From the IMG/VR virus record IMGVR_UViG_3300009826_000001, positions 64,001 through 127,488 of that record: 63,488 nt of DNA; one strand, given 5' to 3'. The notes below the pieces were generated by a model. That model was not told the DNA's origin and ran no database searches. It saw nothing but the letters and a program-made list of their open reading frames with translations. The translations under genes and the position numbers were made by a program. Shown piece by piece: positions 60,790 through 63,488 of the stretch; the stretch's first letter is position 1; each line of letters begins with the position of its first letter. Source of the DNA: a virus. Taxonomy: Duplodnaviria; Heunggongvirae; Uroviricota; Caudoviricetes.

Positions 60790-61359
60790 CTAGACAACGG
60801 CGATCGGGGGCTCAGCAGCGTGGCCGCTGCCCGGCCGGTGCATCACCACCAGGCCGGAGTCCATGATCGCCATCACGCCACCGTTGCGCAGCCGCTCATT
60901 GCCGCCATCGGGCTCCCATTCCTCCAGGCTCTTGCCGCCCAGGCGCAGTGGCAGCGGCCCCGCGGTCTTCTCTAGGTAGGACACTGTGGAGCGGTGCGCG
61001 ACGATCAGCGGCACGCGGGTGCCCGACAGCAGCGGTTCCAGCGCGAGCTGGCAGCGGTTGGCGTACTGGTTGAGGGTCTCGTCGTCCTCGTTGTAGGCGC
61101 GCAGTTCCCAGATCGGCGTGGCCGGTGCGGTGCCCAGCGTGCGCGCGGTGATCGCGGCAGTCTCGCGGGTGCGCGCCAGGTCGCTGGAAACCAGGTAATC
61201 CGGGGCCCGGTGTCCCTCCTCGATGGCGTTCTTGAGGTAGTCGGCACCGGACTGCACGCTGGCGCGCCCGGCGTCAGTGAGGCCGATCTGGAGCCATTTC
61301 TCCGGGGTGGGACTCAGCGCCGTCTCGCCGTGGCGCATCAGGTACGCGAGTAGCTTCAC
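60790..61359 (-). CDS. Histidine phosphatase (phosphoglycerate mutase-like)
   Basis: YLMRHGET, GLTDAG, VSSDLARTRETA, LIVAH. Confidence 0.85.
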   Translation of the reverse strand: MKLLAYLMRHGETALSPTPEKWLQIGLTDAGRASVQSGADYLKNAIEEGHRAPDYLVSSDLARTRETAAITARTLGTAPATPIWELRAYNEDDETLNQYANRCQLALEPLLSGTRVPLIVAHRSTVSYLEKTAGPLPLRLGGKSLEEWEPDGGNERLRNGGVMAIMDSGLVVMHRPGSGHAAEPPIAVV

Positions 61360-61508
61360 TCGCCGACGCCGGCCACGCCACCGCCGCCCATCCCCGGCGG
61401 TGCTTCGGTGGGCTCGTCGTCTTCGCCGGCGCTCATGACGCGGTCGAATTCAGCGCGAGCGTCGTCGGCCCATTGCGCCCAAGACTTGGGGTGCTCACCG
61501 GATGTCAT
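61356..61508 (-). CDS. Small acidic protein
   Basis: GTGA overlap with the phosphatase gene. Confidence 0.4.
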   Translation of the reverse strand: MTSGEHPKSWAQWADDARAEFDRVMSAGEDDEPTEAPPGMGGGGVAGVGE

Positions 61509-61912
61509 GGCAGCAGAATAGGCCGTGGCGCGCCCGGATTCGGGCAGATCCACCGCTACACTTTCGTGTTGTCCACCTGGAAGCGCGCCGTTAACACCTG
61601 GATGCGGAGCACCTGGCTTTCTCGCCGAAATCCACTTCCAGGTGGACCTATCCGAAGATCGGGTTGGGCGGGATGACGATGACCTTCATCGTGTGCATCG
61701 GACACACCCCGTCGATGAGCGCCCGACGTGGCCGGGCCTGACCACACTCCGCACAGTTGGCGTAGTCGGCGAACCACGGCTTGCGATGCGGCATCCACCA
61801 GTTCATCTGCCGATACTATCGAGGTCATGAGCTGGAACGACATGTGGTGGTGGTGCGAGGCGTGCCAGACCTATCACCCGAGTGGCAACAGTTGTTATGG
61901 ACCGAGGACATC

Positions 61913-62098
61913 ATGAGCTCAAGCTATGGCGAATATCCGGCGCCGAAAGCTACCGGCACACCGATAGCCGGGATGGGCCGCAGAGACAACAACCCGCAGC
62001 AGCCCGAGCAGCCGGATGCGCCACCGGACCTGGGAAGTGGCTACCCGGCGCAGAATCCCGGCACGTATGAGGCCGATCCAGAGGAACCTGAGCCCTAG
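61913..62098 (+). CDS. Small Pro/Gly/acidic disordered protein
   Basis: SD GAGGA. Confidence 0.5.
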   Translation: MSSSYGEYPAPKATGTPIAGMGRRDNNPQQPEQPDAPPDLGSGYPAQNPGTYEADPEEPEP

Positions 62099-62100
62099 AC

Positions 62101-62283
62101 GTGGGCGTTGCGCTGGCCTGGTCCCTGATTCTCCTGCCCCTTCCCCTGTTCTTCCTACTCCAGCGCGCCCGGCGCAGCGAATCCGCGTGCGAGCTGGCGC
62201 GCCGCGCCGACGAGCAACACGCCGCGCTGGTGCGCGGTGACAGAATTCAGGGCATTCACGGGCTCTACCCACCTAGCATTTAA
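62101..62283 (+). CDS. Membrane-anchored protein with RADxQH...G.HG.YPP motif
   Basis: N-terminal TM; paralog of 23348-23698. Confidence 0.55.
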   Translation: MGVALAWSLILLPLPLFFLLQRARRSESACELARRADEQHAALVRGDRIQGIHGLYPPSI

Positions 62284-62286
62284 CCC

Positions 62287-62553
62287 ATGCCATCTCACAC
62301 ATACAGCCCCTTCCCCGAGGGCATTCCCAACCCGGCCAACGGCTTCTACGCGCGCACCACGCGGTCCAAGGACAAGGACGAGGACGACGACGAGCGCCAG
62401 GGCGTCAAGAACTTCGGCGGCAAGCAGGCCAAGCCGTTCGGCAAGAAGGATGACGACAAGCGTGACGCCGGCGATGACATCGCCGCCGGCGACGCCGCCG
62501 GGGGTGACATCGGCGCCGAACCCGCGGTCGGTGGCGAGGGCGAGTGGGCTTAG
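62287..62553 (+). CDS. Small disordered charged protein (KNFGGKQAKPFGKK)
   Basis: Strong codon bias, low complexity. Confidence 0.55.
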   Translation: MPSHTYSPFPEGIPNPANGFYARTTRSKDKDEDDDERQGVKNFGGKQAKPFGKKDDDKRDAGDDIAAGDAAGGDIGAEPAVGGEGEWA

Positions 62554-62584
62554 GAAACCCGCTCGGGTGTAGCAAAATAGACCC

Positions 62585-62863
62585 ATGACGACAGCTACAG
62601 AGACGGTCAACGAGGTATCGCCCGTCTGGGGAAACACCCCGCATCCCACCGGCGTGCCGGCCAACCCGATCCCCGAGCCCGAGTTCGACTCCAACAGCCA
62701 GGGCGGGACGCCGACTGAGCCCGGCACCGGCGTATGTGCCGACACCTTCCACACTGTCGAGGACCGGCTGGCGGCCGATCCCGGCCTGGGCCCGGTGGCC
62801 GCGCGCGAGGGCGCTGCAGCCTACGTCGCCAGCCTGGACACCGCGCCGAGTTCACCGACCTGA
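62585..62863 (+). CDS. Small Pro/Thr/acidic protein
   Basis: ORF track; codon bias. Confidence 0.5.
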   Translation: MTTATETVNEVSPVWGNTPHPTGVPANPIPEPEFDSNSQGGTPTEPGTGVCADTFHTVEDRLAADPGLGPVAAREGAAAYVASLDTAPSSPT

Positions 62864-63087
62864 TCAGACCACGCACCAAACAATCAGCGCCGCGCGGCAT
62901 AGCGCCGCGATGAGCACGGCGTTGGGCCAGCTCACCGCACCACCTCCACTGTGCTGTCTGCAGGTGCCGAGTAGACGACAGTGGTCTTACCGTCTTTGGA
63001 CCGGCAGTAAATCGTGACGGTCTTCCCATCTTCGGAATGCACGATGCGCTCCACCGTAAGCAGCATTAGCCCTCCCTCTCCATCCGG

Positions 63088-63333
63088 TCATCGCTGCCCG
63101 CTTCCGGGCAGCTTGGCCAGCGCCAGCCGGTGCACGGCCAGTGCCACCAGGATCTGCGCCAGATCAGCGGGCATGTCACTGATCGAATTCAGCAGCCGGC
63201 CTGAGGCGGCGGCGTTGTCGCCGTCGTAGTTTTTCTCCAGCGTCTTAACCCAGTGATCGACCATCGTCGAGAGAATCTGGTTCCACTCGGCGTGAATCTG
63301 GTCGGATAGCGCCAGCCGTTCTGCCTCGTTCAT
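63088..63333 (-). CDS. Hypothetical helical protein
   Basis: SD AGGAGG. Confidence 0.55.
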   Translation of the reverse strand: MNEAERLALSDQIHAEWNQILSTMVDHWVKTLEKNYDGDNAAASGRLLNSISDMPADLAQILVALAVHRLALAKLPGSGQR

Positions 63334-63488
63334 CTATCCTCCTAAGTGTTCACCTTGCGCGAGTCCCCACGGTGAGGAGCCGGTAACCAACGCGGTGATT
63401 GGCAGGGGCAAACTCCGCTGCTCGCGCGGGTTCAAGCTCTACCCTTAGAGCTATGCCGTGGCACATTGACAAGAAATCCGATCGCTGC

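Larger units (their letters stand above)
1706..61544. repeat. Dispersed dyad family CCC-RRWWYY-GGG (12 bp, about 25 copies including variants) and CCCGAAWTTCGGG (13 bp, 13 copies)
   Basis: 12-mers: 1706, 3538, 6943, 11156, 18317, 25511, 28043, 31310, 32963, 34992, 40147, 41263, 41877, 42845, 44012, 46940, 48927, 50913, 52270, 53259, 53978, 54546, 55757, 56910, 61533. 13-mers: 38777, 46419, 50236, 53287, 54368, 55740, 56583, 57723, 58952, 59208, 59422, 59450, 60412. Found by eye, so the list may be incomplete. Confidence 0.85.

Noticed and set aside
63370-63450. tRNA-like GGTTCAAG motif near the right end
   Set aside because: No acceptor, D or anticodon arms could be folded by eye; tRNAscan/ARAGORN would settle it.
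1-63488. CRISPR array or cas genes
   Set aside because: No 25-45 bp repeats with unique 25-45 bp spacers. The 57736-57855 array has only 7-nt cores, and no Cas-like ORF was recognised.

Overview
The window is a gene-dense, high-GC segment of a large tailed actinobacteriophage (or its prophage/plasmid form). The host is most likely Mycobacterium, judged from a mycobacteriophage-type lysin A, two DUF732-like proteins, WhiB and Ku. Layout: 1-5 kb holds the end of the tail genes and a lysis cassette (+). 5-7.4 kb holds small, mostly leftward genes. 7.7-17 kb is a rightward recombination/replication block (ParB-like, methyltransferase, NUMOD4-HNH, YqaJ+RecT, replication initiator with iteron-like repeats, DNA methyltransferase, HNH). 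About 17-61.5 kb is an almost entirely leftward array of roughly 100 small genes (QueD, nucleotidyltransferase, ART-like protein, beta-clamp, SWIM, Ku, ParB, AAA ATPase module, HAD and histidine phosphatases, a stand-alone voltage-sensor domain, a WhiB fusion, XRE). 61.9-62.9 kb holds small disordered proteins (+). No integrase, terminase, capsid, tRNA or CRISPR array was recognised. The most striking unexplained structure: (1) nine copies of a consensus SigA promoter, seven followed by a covarying 5' RNA hairpin, embedded in repeated terminator/box cassettes; (2) about 38 copies of a CCC-RRWWYY-GGG / CCCGAAWTTCGGG dyad; (3) four otherwise unrelated proteins, including the AAA ATPase, that share a C-terminal R-[QS]-[IL]-[DE]-L tail, in a genome that also encodes a sliding clamp; (4) a pore-less voltage-sensor protein; (5) a 7-copy GGAGGGT micro-array behind the XRE gene. 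All annotations come from motif recognition by eye, with no database searches. Many start codons were moved from the supplied ORF track to better SD-supported or overlap-supported positions.
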